DNA of 64,000 bases from Balamuthia mandrillaris (Eukaryota): assembly GCA_031835245.2 (NCBI GenBank), contig JAVKOQ020000011.1:310001-374000 (forward strand). The letters are read 5' to 3'. The translations under genes were made by a program, and so were the position numbers. Numbering within the stretch: the stretch's first letter is position 1; every line of letters starts with the position of its first letter. Of this stretch, positions 11,165 through 38,465 are shown piece by piece. Under the pieces are notes generated by a model. That model worked only from the letters and a program-made list of their open reading frames with translations. It made no database searches and was not told the DNA's origin.

Positions 11165-11290
11165 CCCACATCCCACTGCAGTGCGGCGTGCCTAATCACG
11201 GCTTGTCTTACGACTCGCTATAAGCAACGGTGCCGGCACCAAAGCAACCTTACCGCCTACCGCCCCCTCACAGAGGAGGAGGAGGTGGTA
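11165..11290 (-). ncRNA. Putative Fanzor omegaRNA scaffold / element right end
   Basis: Overlaps and follows the Fanzor stop codon. Short inverted repeats GGTGCCGGCACC (11229-11240), GTCGTAAGAC, CGTGATTAGGCACG and CACTGCAGTG; ends GATGTGG before AT-rich flank. Boundaries inferred. Confidence 0.55.
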
Positions 11291-12988
11291 AGTGCTTGCA
11301 ACGTAAAAAAGCGGATCAAGATGTTTCGGGCGGCGTTGGCATCTCGATCGGCCTGGTAGCCACACTCGGGTTGAGGGCACCGAAAGGTCTTGTTTCCCCC
11401 CAACTGGTGGTGGACTTGGCCGCACTTGCCGCAGGTCTTGGAGGTGTATTCCTCATCGCAGAGGCAGACCGTACAGGACGGAAATTGCTGGGCCTTGTTG
11501 AGGAGCCTCTGCCTGAAGCGATAGTGGGACCAGGTGAGCATGGCTCTGGCCGTTCGCGAGCCAATGCGGCGGTGGCCTCGCCGCACCATCTGCTGGCTCC
11601 TGAACTCTGGCAGAAGGATGAGGGAGAAGTTCCTGACCAACCAAGACACGAGCTTCTTGTGGAGGTCATCCACCAGGTTGCGGATCCTCTGGCGAAGCCG
11701 AGCAGCGGCCCTTCGGAGACGGCGCCGTTGTCTGTGGTTGGGTGCCCTTACTCTGCATGCGATCCAGGCGGTGGCACAGCTTGCCTATCTCGTTGATGTC
11801 CGCTTTGCCCCACTCGGTGACCTCCCCGCAGCCGTTGTAGGTGGTCATGAATGTGCGCACTCCTGGATCCAAGGCGATGATGCCTGCCTCTCTCCTTCGG
11901 TGCTCACGGGCTTGGCTCTCGCCCATGAGCTTCAAAGGCTGAGGCACGCAGAGGTAGTAATGGCCCAGTCGAGTGTCCTTCACCAGACGAACGGCATAGA
12001 GCACCTCTGACGGAACTTTGTAGTTCTTGTCCCTCGCTTTGATTCGCGCCTCCCCGAAGAAGAGTTGGCGGATAGAGCTGTTGTGGTTCCACTCCCTGGC
12101 TTGGATGCTGAGAGACTGGCTCTTGTCCTTCCTACCACGGAACTTCATCTGGAATCCAGTCGTGCCTCTGCCCGCCGCCAAGCTGCTTTTCACGCCGTTG
12201 AAGAAATCATCGACAGCGTCACTCCGAATGAATCGAGGAGTTTCCAACACCCACGCAAGGCTCTTGTTCTCTCCCTTGAAATTGCTGTTATTTAGGAATT
12301 TCTTCCTGACTTGTTCCTTCATCTCATCACGAGGCATTCCTTGATGTTCACGATGGAACTCCACGGCCTTGTTGTAGGTCCATCGTACTGTGCCGAACCA
12401 CTTGGCCAGCGTCTTCTTTTGTTCTGAGCCCGGATAAAGGCGGATCTTCTCCACTCGCCCCACTACCGGTTTCTCTTCTCCGTTCTTGCCTTTTTTGGTG
12501 AGCTGTACGGCTGGGCGAGACGGAACGAGTCCCTCGATGAGGCCTAACAAGCCTTTCTGGTTTTTCTCCTCTTCTTCCTTCTCCTTCTCCTTCTCCTCTT
12601 CCTCTTCCTCCTCCTCCTCCTCCTTCTCCTTCTTCTCCTCCTCCTCCAACACCTTTTCTCCGTTAGGAATGTGCTTGCAGGCGGTGAACCATCCTGAACC
12701 ACAGGCAAAGGGTTCTTCCAAGCACAAGGCTTCTGGGCGTATTAATCTTCTCCCGATTTCGCTGGAAAACTGGTTCCAAAAGGGCTGGGCGGGTGCAGCC
12801 TGCGGCCTTCCACGCTTCTGTGCCTTTGCCTGAGGTGCCGCTGGGGCGTTTTCCGCTCTTCTTTTCCGAGTAGCAGTGGAAGTAGCAGAAGTAGTGGCGC
12901 GACCCCCTTCCTTGTGGACCCGACCGAAGTGGATGGCCAACCCGTGAGAGGTAGCAAACTTTTTTCCGCACTGTGGGCAACTTGCCAT
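11257..12988 (-). pseudogene. Fanzor2 (IS607 TnpB-like RNA-guided endonuclease) with one frameshift near 11740
   Basis: KIRLYP...WFGTVRWTYN; RuvC-I IIALDPGVRTF; LILLPEF; LTWSHYRFRQRL; DEEYTSKTCGKC; CPQPECG; RuvC-III DRDANAARNIL. The frame shifts between MQSK and NHRQRRRLRRAAARLRQRIRNLVDDLHKK. Confidence 0.92.
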
Positions 12989-13663
12989 TCAGGCCAGCTT
13001 CCAGCAGCGTTGTGGAAGAGGCGCACAGAGGTTCGTGATGCTGTTCTTTTTAAACAAAAGAAATCATTAGTGAGTGGTTGGTAACAAATTTTTTTTCCAT
13101 CATCAAAAAATGTAGTGAGCGAGCAGAGAAAAAAGAACGCTACCTTTTCAATCGGAGCAGTGCCGCTGCCTGCGGCTGAACCGCTTCGGTTTCCACCTCT
13201 GCCTCCTTCCGCTGGTTTCCTCCTTGTGTAGTAGAAGCGTAGCAATGAGAAATACGGTGGTGCGTGGAGCTTCGTGGATGTGTGTGTCTGTGTGTTTACT
13301 TTTGAAAAGAAAGAAATGAAAAGAAAAGAAGAGAAGAGAAGAAAAGAAAACGAGTAGCAGAAAAGTGTCAAGGCGAATGACGAGTACCAAAAGTTTATTG
13401 GCGGCAGCAGCAGCATGAGCATCCATTCCGTACACCCCACCCCATACCCCAACCCACCACTTTGCCTTCAAAGGCGTGGGAGAAGGAAGGGTTGTTTTGG
13501 CGGGAAACATGCTCATTGGCCCAAAAGACTAATGTCGTGATTTCTTTTTTTTGTTGTCCTTAGATCTTATGATCTTTGCGCCGCCTTTTTAGAATCTCCG
13601 CAGGAAAGAAACTGCCAGCGGAACTAAGAACAACGGCCTTCCAACCAACGAAACAGGCACGGG

Positions 13664-20509
<6,846 letters not shown>

Positions 20510-20601
20510 TTAGGCTACCCATTTTTTCAGAACAACCACGTGAAATAGAAGTGGTCTGTTTGTACTTTACAATACAGTTTGTTTGTTTGTTGGGATTATT
20601 T

Positions 20602-22495
20602 TTAAGGAGAGGAGGATTCCTCGTCATCTTCGTCAGGAGTTAGAGGAACTACAGGACGAATGCGACCAGCCTTGGTGTGAATAACGCTGCATGTTGGTCG
20701 TGCTGCTTGAAACATTTCAAGAGCTGCTGGAGTTATGCTGTGGCATCCTCTTATCTGCTCGACATTTTAAGCAGTTAGTGTTTAAGTTGATGCATCAACG
20801 GGTTTTCGAAAAACGCACCTTTAAAAAGCGCAGCTTACGACAATTGGCAAGCTCCATAAGAATGTTGTCACTTAGCCTACGCGAAGAACAGATGTTAAAA
20901 ACGAGAAATAACGAAAGGTTGAAAGGCAAAATTCAGTATACCTGAAACACTGCTCTACGTGCAAGTTCTGCAACTCGGAACATTTGTTAGCAACCGCACA
21001 GATCGCTGCGTCTGTTACATCATAAAGCGCTTCTGCTTCCAGTGACTCTAAAAGGTAGAGAACGCAGGTAACAATATGAGCTTCACTGAAGAAGAACCAG
21101 AAGACCAAGAGCAAGCAGAAGAAGCGCAGAAAACGAAGAACCATAAGAAGCGCAAGTGATGTACCTAATAGAGGGCAATGAGCGGCAACAGCAGATAAAG
21201 TATTACTCGCTACTTGGGTCCACGAAATGTTTAGAGATACTACAGAGGTTAAATGTTGACAGAATTCAGCCATTCCTTCATCCGAAAGTCGCTCACATTC
21301 TTCGACGGACACATGATGAAGCAAAGTGCAATGTGGAGCCAACGCCGCCAGCCCTGCGTCTGTCAGTTGTGTTCCGCTCAACTGAAACACATTAATTATA
21401 TTAAAATAGAAGAAATAAGAAGAACAAGAAGAAGAAGAAGAAGCACAAGAAGAAGAAGAAGAAGAAGAAGAAGAAGAAGAAGAAGAAGAAGAAGAAGAAG
21501 AAGAAGAAGAAGAAGAAGAAGAAGAAGAACAAGAATTATGAAGAAGAAGAAGAAGAAGAAGAAGAAGAAGAAGAAGAACAAGAACAAGAACAAGAAGAAC
21601 AAGAACAAGAACAAGAACAAGAACAAGAACAAGAACAAGAACAAGAACAAGAAGAAGAACAAGAACAAGAACAAGAATACATACATACATGAAGAAGAAG
21701 AAGAAGAAGAAGAACAAGAAGAACAAGAATAAGAATCAGAACAAGAAGAAGAGAGGAAAAAAAAGGAAGAAATAAAGAGTGGTACGTCGAGAAAGCGTAA
21801 TGGAAGAGCCAAGTCCGAGAGGTTCACGTCGCTCGGTTTCTCCACGTCAATTGGGCAGTTTCTTTTTGAGCGTTTTGTTTGTTAACAACGAACACGAAAC
21901 AACTGCGTTCCCAGACAACAAAGAACGAGGAAGCAAAGCAAAAACGGTACTTTAAGCTCAAATATTCTAGCCGCGGAATGCGAAACAACAGAGCAGAGGC
22001 TCCTTGTGAGGTTATCTTTTTGCAGTCATCCATCTGTGCATTTTTGTGTCAGACACATAAAAAAACAAAACTTGAGACAACACAAACCACAAGTGCTTGC
22101 AAGGCGGTGACGAAGCTGCTTCTTCGGATGGAGCCACAAGCAGCATCGCTCAGCCGAAAGCACCCGCTCAGGTTCAAACTTCTCAATCGGCCCAAAGGAA
22201 CGCGACCAAACTGCTGGACCGCCTTCTCCAAGGCAGAGTCCGTCGTTTTGAAGCACCGCTCCAACGAGAGGACCCTCACTTGGTTTTCTTGCTGCTGTTT
22301 GGCGAGAACGTGAAACAGAGCCTCCGGCATCTTTCTTTGCAGGCTGCTGAGGTCGACCTCCCGGAGCTGAGAGATGAAATGTTGGACCAGTTCATTCCAA
22401 TCTTTGTTGACGAGGACTAGCCCAGAAACGAGTTGCCTGAGGTTGAGTTTCTCAAGCACTTGAAAGACTATCTCCATGCTTAACCTTTCCAACAT
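20602..22495 (-). CDS. F-box/leucine-rich repeat protein (FBXL-like), multi-exon
   Basis: N-terminal F-box-like LSMEIVFQVLEKL...VNKDWNEL. Cys-containing LRRs LSLERCFKTTD, LNLSGCFRLSD, VSVEECERLSD. Confidence 0.85.
21412..21750 (+). repeat. (GAA)n/(GAACAA)n compound microsatellite, intronic
   Basis: Directly visible. Confidence 0.95.
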
Positions 22496-22777
22496 TTCTT
22501 TTGTTTTGTTGTTGCTTGAAGAGACACGCACTTGTATATACAGGTTGTTTCTTTTCTGACTTTCTTTTTTGCTGTTTTGTCGGAGATAATTCGATTCACT
22601 GAAATGGGCGATATTTTATCGATTATCAACAATAAGTTTTCCATGCTGTGATTATTTCAACATGTCGATATTTTTCATCGTTATCAACGATAATCATCAA
22701 CTATCGATAAAACAAAGAAAAAATAAGAAAAAGACAAGAACGCATCTCTATCTATCTCAACTTAACTGTTTTTGTTT

Positions 22778-24479
22778 TTACTTGGTTTCCTTCTTGTTAA
22801 ATTGCTTTTGGGCCTTATCCAAAGCCTGACGGATGTCCTCGATGATGTCTCCGCAGTCCTCAATGCCAATGCTCATACGCACCAGGTCCTCCGGCAACGT
22901 CCTCTGATCCTTTGGAATGGAGGCGTGCGAGAGCAAGCAAGGAAGCTCCACCAAAGAGTTGCAGCTGCCAAACGAGACGGTAACTTTGAAGAGGCGCAAG
23001 GCATCCACGAAGCGGCGAGAGAGCTCCACGTTGCCGGTCGTGAAGGAGAGCACGCAGCCGCCGCCGGAGGATTGGCGGCAGTGCGTCTCGTATTCCTGTC
23101 TCAGCACTTTCAAGCTTCGATCACGTTCTTGCCACGGTTTCTCTTTGTTCTTGTACGACTTCTTCGTTGGCGTCTTCTCTTTTTCTTTGTCGTTTTGCTC
23201 GTCTTCTTCGTCGTCTTCGGATGAAGGAGGGGGAAGACCGGCGTAGTGCACGTCTTTGATGAGAGGATGATCGTCCAAGAATTGGGCCACGCGAAGAGCG
23301 TTTTGCTGGGACCTTTCGACACGGAGGGAGAGAGTCTTCATGCCACGAAGCACTAACCAGCAGTCAAATGGCGACAAGCCGGTTCCCTCTGCGTTTTGGA
23401 AGAAAGCTATCTCTTTGGCCAGTTCTTCTGTTCTTACGCACACCTGTTTTGTCATAGCAAACAGAGCAACATTAGCATTATGTTAGAAAAAGAAAGGAAG
23501 CAGGTGGAAGAGGAAAACATTACCACTCCCATGATTACGTCGGAATGGCCAGACAAAAATTTGGTTCCGGAATGAATGACGATGTCAGCTCCCAAGTCCA
23601 AAGCTCTCTGAATGAATGTATCAGGTCGTTTAGGCAAAAACAAATATCTGAGGAGAGAGAGAGAAGAGAGAAGAGAAGAGAGAAGAGAGAAGAGAAGAGA
23701 GGAGAGAGGAGAGAGAAGAGAAGAGAGAGAGAGAGAGAGACAACAACAACAAAGAAAGATGAAAAGCAGTGAGACGTACCTGAGCAATAGGAGTCATCAT
23801 GGTACAATCCACAGAAAGAAGAATGTTGTGTTGATGCAAAAGTTTGGCCAAAGCTCCAATGTCCGTGATGCGCATGAGCGGATTCGAAGGAGACTCGATA
23901 TGAACCAAACGGGTGTTGGGCTTAAGCGCTGCTTTCACGCTCTCCACGTCGGTGGTGTCCACAAAGGTGGCCTTGATGCCGCAGCGAGAGGACACTTTTG
24001 TCAGAAGACGGTACATTCCTCCATACAAGTCCGTTCCTGCCAACACTTCCTCGCCCGATTTCTTTTATTTGTTGTTGTGTGAAGGTTGCATGCGCTTAGC
24101 ACCGAAAAAAAGAGAAAGAGGCAAGCAGAAGGAAGAGAGCAGAAGGAAGGCAGGAAGGAAGGAAGAAAGGAAGAAGAGCAGCCAGCAGAGAGGAAAGAGG
24201 AAAGAATGGAACAGGAGGAAAAAAAAAACAAAGGTAAAAACGCACGAGAAGACGAGTGACGGTGCTGAGAGCCGCCATGCCGGAGGAGAATGCAAAGGCA
24301 GAGTGAGCGTTTTCCAGCCCGGCTATGAGCGTCTCCAGGGCCGTCCTCGTGGGGTTGCCCGACCGCGTGTAGTCGTAGGGTCCAAATTCCGTGGCGCTCG
24401 GCTGCACAAACGTCGCCGTTTGGTAGATCGGCATCCTTTGTTTTTGTTTTTTTCACATCAGTCACCACAAAGCAAAGAT

Positions 24480-24524
<45 letters not shown>

Positions 24525-24959
24525 AGAGGGAACGACAACGTACGAAGCAGGGTGGTAAGGGTCGTTGGGGCAACCATCAAAGACGACCATCTGGGTGGCC
24601 AGGCGCATGCCCAAGTGCTTCTTGTTGAAGTGCGGGCGGACGGGGAAGGTCGGCAGGGCGTCGTAGTCCTGGGTCACGGCCGGGTACTTGAGGCGGGAAT
24701 AGTCCACCACGTCCCCCTGCAGCTTGGACAGCTCCGCCTCCTCCTCCAGCAGCACCAGGTCCTCGAAGGAGCGGCGGGTGAGCACCTCGCGGTCAAAGTG
24801 GTGGTACACGGTCACCGTCTCCTCCTGCGCGGAGCCGCTGAGCTCCACGTTGGCGGGCACCTTGGTCACCGCGCCGAGGGAACTGGTGGGCGAGCCCTTG
24901 TGCGCAAGCGAGTGGTGACCGCCATCCGCGTTGTTCTTGTTGTTGTTGGTAATGTTCAT
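22778..24959 (-). CDS. metC: Cystathionine beta-lyase (Cys/Met metabolism PLP-dependent family), multi-exon
   Basis: [41 protein letters not shown]-lysine motif [28 protein letters not shown]. Confidence 0.88.
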
Positions 24960-25438
24960 TATTTTTTCTAAAAAAAAAAAATAGTGGAGTGGGTGGTGGT
25001 GCAAGGGGAGGGGGAAGCGTTGGCCTGTGGCTTGCAAGCAAAGAGAGAGGAGGAGTGTCAAAGGTGTCCCACCAAGAGAGGGAGAGAAGAGAAGAGCGAC
25101 CGAGAGGGTGTGCGCGTAAACCTAAAAAAAAAGAACTCTTTTGCGAGTGGTGTTCCTAGCTCCTCCCCCAAAGCGCGGTGCAACCACGTAATAATGCGTG
25201 TTGTTGAAAGGAAGGAAAGGGCCGGCCTGCCCCCTTGTTTCCATTTCTTTCTTCTTTCTTCTCTTTTCCATCCCATTTTCGCTGTTATAAAAGTTGGCCC
25301 CCACTTGATAAGGAAGCAAGCGGGGGTGGGTGGGTGTGACATCCAAAGGTTCTATTTGTTTTTTCATCGACATGCCTCAGCTGTGCGTCTTTTTCCTTTC
25401 GTAAGAGGTATCCCGCTCAGATGAACCTGAACATGATT

Positions 25439-25487
<49 letters not shown>

Positions 25488-25545
25488 TTCCTTCTCTCTC
25501 GAAAGTCGCTTCTCCTATGGCCTAGCGCTTGCTCCATCCGTTCGT

Positions 25546-27730
25546 TTATTTTTCACCGGCCATTTCTTGGGCTTTTAGTTTGGTGAGCTTGGCTATGAAG
25601 AGGCCACTGGTTTGTGTGTGCGCAGGATAGAATCGGAGGGTGTGCTGCAGCATGCCACTTTGGCATGGCATGCCGGCTGCTTCTGGGATGACAACCAGCC
25701 GTGCTGTTGGCTCTTGTTCTAATAGCCATTCTACCACTCCTATTTGTGTTTAAGTAAAACAGAAGAAATTAGGAAGATAGAAACGACAAGATGGAAGAAA
25801 GGGAAAGAAAGAGACACAACGAAAGAGAAAAAGAGCATGGTAAAGATAAAGTTATGTACCTTCATTTTGATCTCTACTAAAACTGCAGGTACTGTAGACT
25901 AATGATCCACCAGGAGCCAATAACTGAAAGCTATTGCGGATCAACCGCTTCTGTTTAAATATATTAGAAGCTTCCCAAAGAGAAGCTACCAACCATAAGG
26001 AAAGAAGAAAGAGGAGAGGGAGAGAACGAGAGAGTATGTACTTGAAGTTCCACTGTTTCGTTGCCGACGTGAGGACTAAAGTCCTTCCAACCCAATTTTT
26101 GAAATTGCAAGATGTGCCGAACGGATGCATCCAACGTGCATTGTGCATCTAATAGGATCTACAAATACGTTTGTCAGCCAACAAAACTAACAAACAAAAG
26201 AAGTTGAAGAAGAGGAAGGGATAAAAGGAAGAGTGAACGGCGACAAAAAGTAGGCAGAGACAAGAACTGAACCTTATCATAGAGGAGTTCACTGCTGGAT
26301 GCCTTGCTCAAAGGCATGGGGAATGCATAGAATACGTTAGTCAACTCATCGGGGTCTCTCCGCCGTCTTCGTTTTCGTTTTCTCCATCTGGAGGCCGTTA
26401 TCTCCACTTCTTTTGCCAATATACATCCTTGTCGGTTTCGTTTCCTCTCCTTCCTTCTTTCTTCTGTTTCGTTTCTTTCGTCGCTTCGTTCATTCTCTGC
26501 GGATTCGTTTTCTTCCTCTTCCTCCTCCTCTTCCGTTCTTTTTTCGTTTTCTTTCTCTTTCTTCTTCGTTGTCGGCGAAGAAGAAGCAGAAGAAGCAGGC
26601 AAGGAAGAATTCTCTCTCGGTGGAGCCAAAACGTGAAAAGTGGTTCCATCTTCCAAAAAGAGTCTAACGTTGGGAATGGCGTACTTGACAAGCATGCTTC
26701 TGCAAGTGGCCAGCCGATGCTCCGATACATCGACACCAGTCACTGTTCCTTTGCCTTCCAGCTGGTCCGCTAACATACATAACTTTGCTCCTGTAGGCAC
26801 AGAGTTCGCGTTAAAGACGAAAGAATGAATAACGGAACAAAGCTATGAATGAATGAGAAAAAGGAGAAGAAGAAGAAGAAGAAGAACAAGAAGAACAAGA
26901 ACAAGAAGAAGAAGAAGAAGAAGAAGAAGAAGAAGAACAAGAACAAGAACAAGAAAAACAAGAAGAACAAGAAGAAGAACAAGAAGAGCAAGATGAAACA
27001 ACAAACAACAAGAAGACTGAAGATTAATAATATCATTCTTACAGCAAGCGGGCAAGAGAAAGAGAAGAAAACGAAGAGGGGAAAAAAACGGTTTACCAGG
27101 TGCACAACACAGATCCAACACGTTATCTCCAGGCGCGACTCCCAACGCCACCACAGCAGCTCCCGAGCTCGCATCGATGCCATAAATCTAAATCTCACAC
27201 AAACGCGACCCACCCAACAGTAAGATTTAAAAAATGAAAAAGAAAATAAAAAGAAAGTGTACTTTGGATTGTTTGTAGAGTTGGCTTTCGACGAGTTTGA
27301 TGTGGTGCGGGAGGCGGTAGAAGCCCCGCAGCCAAGGAACAGGTTCCGGCTGGACGCCTCCCACCTGTTGCTCCATCTCTCTTAACAGCGCTTCCTCCTC
27401 TCCTTCTTTCAGTCGCTCATGAGGAACCAGATCTAACGTTGATGTAGCAGCAGCAGAGGCAGAAGAAGAAGAAGAAGAAGAAGAAGAACAAGAAGAAGAA
27501 CAAGAAGGAGAAGAACAAGCGGTGGTGGTGGAATTCTTCCATGGAATCAGATGACGATTGGGAAATGGGTTCAGCCGAAAGAAGCGAAAGAGCGATTGGA
27601 GCTGAAGGGCTTCCAACGGGATGTGGTTCTGTTCCAAAAAGGCTTTGAAGCTCGGGTCCAGCTCCTCCGGCTTCGGAAGCAGCACCACCGGTGCCGCCGT
27701 TGTCCCCTCCAATGCTTCTTCCTCCTCCAT
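25546..27730 (-). CDS. RsmB/NOP2/NSUN-family RNA cytosine-C5 methyltransferase, multi-exon
   Basis: VLDLCCAPG-AK (SAM-binding), ILLDAQC (motif IV), LVYSTCS (motif VI), TSGLFIAKL. Confidence 0.88.
26862..27012 (+). repeat. (GAA)n/(GAACAA)n microsatellite, intronic
   Basis: Directly visible. Confidence 0.9.
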
Positions 27731-28314
27731 CCTTTCCTTTTTTTTTCGCTTTTCTGTTGTCGATAAATCGAAAAAAATCCTCTACTTATTTAAATAAAAT
27801 CGAATTATCGAACACAAGAATAGTCGATCGACACAACGAATTTTTGTCGACGTGAAGATCTCCAATAGAGACGAGACAACAGAAAAGGCCTTTTTATGGT
27901 AAGTTAAGGGTCTGTTTTGATTTTTGATTGGTGGTTTGAAAGTCACAGATCAAAGCATTCAGCTGCGCCGCTTTGGTCGTTTTCTTCTTGTGGATGACAC
28001 ATTCAACATGGCAACAAAAGGCGGCTTTGGGAGACTATGGCCAAATCAAGCTGCTAACCGTCATGGTTACCCATCACTTCCTCCCACTTGCTCCTTGGCG
28101 TCACAATAAATCCTTTCTGGCCGTGGGCCTCTTTCTTCCTTCTCCTTTCCACTCCATTTTGTGTTGTTTGGTGTCTTCCCCTTTATTTTTGAGAGAAAAC
28201 ACAATTCCACTTGCAGCAGAAGGCATTGTACCTCCATTGTCCTCTGCTATCACAATGATTGCCAGCCACCTCTTTCTCCATCTCATTCACTTTGGTGGTC
28301 GGTCTTTTGAGGTG

Positions 28315-28354
<40 letters not shown>

Positions 28355-28438
28355 TATTGCTCAACTGCTTCAGCCAGGGTGAAATGTGTTTTTTTTAATT
28401 GTACAAGTGTCCTATCTATGTTTTTCCTCTGCTTCAAA

Positions 28439-33352
<4,914 letters not shown>

Positions 33353-33780
33353 TCGGGCTCTTTCTTTTTTGTTTTGTTTGGAGACTGCCAGTAGACTACT
33401 ACTTCTTTGAGGTGCCTCGCCTCGGATCTCAGGTCGTGCTTTGTTTTTTGTCGACAATTCAGCTCGGGTGGTGCAATTTTGCTGCACGTCAGAAGGAGGG
33501 GTTGGAGAGATGGTGACCAAAGGTTGCAGCATTGCTGCAGCTTTATTACCAAAATGGTAGTTTTTTTGAACAGCTTGAGGACCATGTGACCTCCAATGGA
33601 GCAGGAGTGGAGGGGGGCGGTACCTTTTAACCCAAACAAAAAAAAAATAAATAGAAAAAGAGAAAAAGAAAAAACAAAAAAAAAGGGGGGAAGAGGAGCG
33701 AAAGCCTATCCGCAAGGAGTTGATTGCTGCAGAGAGTAGTTGCTTCCAGTGAAACAGTTTTTTTTTTGTTTCAAAAAAAC

Positions 33781-34928
33781 ATGAACATTAGAGGAGAGAG
33801 GATCGATACGCTGGATGAACCCGTCTTTAAAACAATTGTTGGTGTTTTTTCTTTGTTCAGCTCTCTCTGAACTGCATGTTTTTTTTTTGGGGGGGGGATG
33901 ATTTCTCACTCTCTCTTGTCTTTTTTTTTTTTGGTTCTTCTCTTCCATTTGATTAAACAACAAAGGGACGAGACTTGTTGTCTGTTGCCATCAAACTGGG
34001 TCATGTGATCATTCCCTTGCGTGGCAGAGAGAAAGAGCTTCGAAACTGTAAGATCTTCTCTTTTTTTTTTTTTTTGTTGGTGTTCTCTCTTCTTGTTCTT
34101 TGTTGATTTTAATCACTTTGATTTTAAAAAGGGGATTTGTGGGGTCCTTTGATCTTGTCGTTTCTTCTTGCTACGTACGTTGATGTTTGTTGTTGTATCA
34201 ACTTTTCTTTTCATCGTCGATTGGGTTCACTGTTCGCGTGTGTAAACAGAACCTTGACGTTTGCGGCACAGAACCAAGAAACGTTGATCTTTTCTGGCAT
34301 CTTTGTGATCGTGTGGGTTGGCTCCTTTGTAGTTACCATCAATGCCATTCTCTTGGGCGGAAAGATGTAAACACTCCTTGTTCTTTTTGTTCTCTTTTAC
34401 TCTCTGTCTTTCTCTCTCTCTCTCTCTTCGGTCTCTTCTCTTCCCTCCCTTTTCCTGTTTCTCCTCTCTCCATTCCCTCCCTTCCTCCTTTCCCGTTCTC
34501 TTGCTTCCTCTCCTGCCTCTCCTTTCGTTCTCTACCTGCTGTTTCGCTGATCTTCGAATCACAACAAACAAAACCGAAAGTTCCTTTTTCCAAAGCGTAT
34601 GTGTGTTGGGGTACTGCCTTGGTCCCCTTGACATCGCCGCCTTTGCTTGCCTCTTCTGGGACAACATTATTTACAGGATCCTCGTCGTAGCTGTTGCCTT
34701 TGCCTGGTCTGTTCTCGGTATGGAAACCTTTTCTCTATTTGCTCCAATCTTTCTCCTCTCATTCATTCTTCTCTGCTTTCCACGAAAACAGCATCATGGG
34801 GATTTGTGGCATCCATGATGCCAGAAGAAAAACGCAGCAGAAACGCCTTGGCGGTATACCCTGTCTTTCTCTTCTACTTGGTCATCAGTTGGATGATTGT
34901 TGTCATGCGTGACGTTGCTGAGAGATAG
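33781..34928 (+). CDS. Yip1-domain Golgi protein (YIPF6-like), multi-exon
   Basis: DTLDEPVFKTI-GRDL, LRNWDLWGPL, SFFQSVCVLGYCLGP, LAVYPVFLFY. Confidence 0.9.
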
Positions 34929-35199
34929 AAATATAACGTTTAGCACACTTTCTCTCTTTTTTGTTGAAGTTGGAGCTTTCTTTCTCTCTTCTTTTTTCAT
35001 TCTTTGTATATACTCCAACTAAAATGAATGCAATTTTTTTCTCATCTTATTTTTCTCTCTTGTAACAACAAAAGAAGAAGGAAAACGGCTTTAAAAAAAA
35101 ACTTGAAGAGTTATTATCAGTTTAAAAAGAGAAGAGAGAAAAACAAAAGAAGAGAAAAGAAGAAAGAAGAAAGAGAAGAAAGAATTGCTTTGTGCAAAC

Positions 35200-38465
<3,266 letters not shown>

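Noticed and set aside
11735..11750. Programmed ribosomal frameshift in the Fanzor
   Set aside because: No slippery heptamer; a small indel or assembly error is simpler.
11257..12988. Cas12 or bacterial contamination call
   Set aside because: No CRISPR array; the motifs fit Fanzor2; it has an NLS and is embedded among intron-containing genes.
12742..13516. Minus-strand ORFs upstream of the Fanzor as TnpA or an extra coding exon
   Set aside because: No serine recombinase or Y1 motifs, and an in-frame TGA directly precedes the Fanzor ATG. At most a spliced 5' leader.
20872..21845. Poly-R/K/N and poly-L/F ORFs
   Set aside because: Translations of an intronic GAA/GAACAA repeat.
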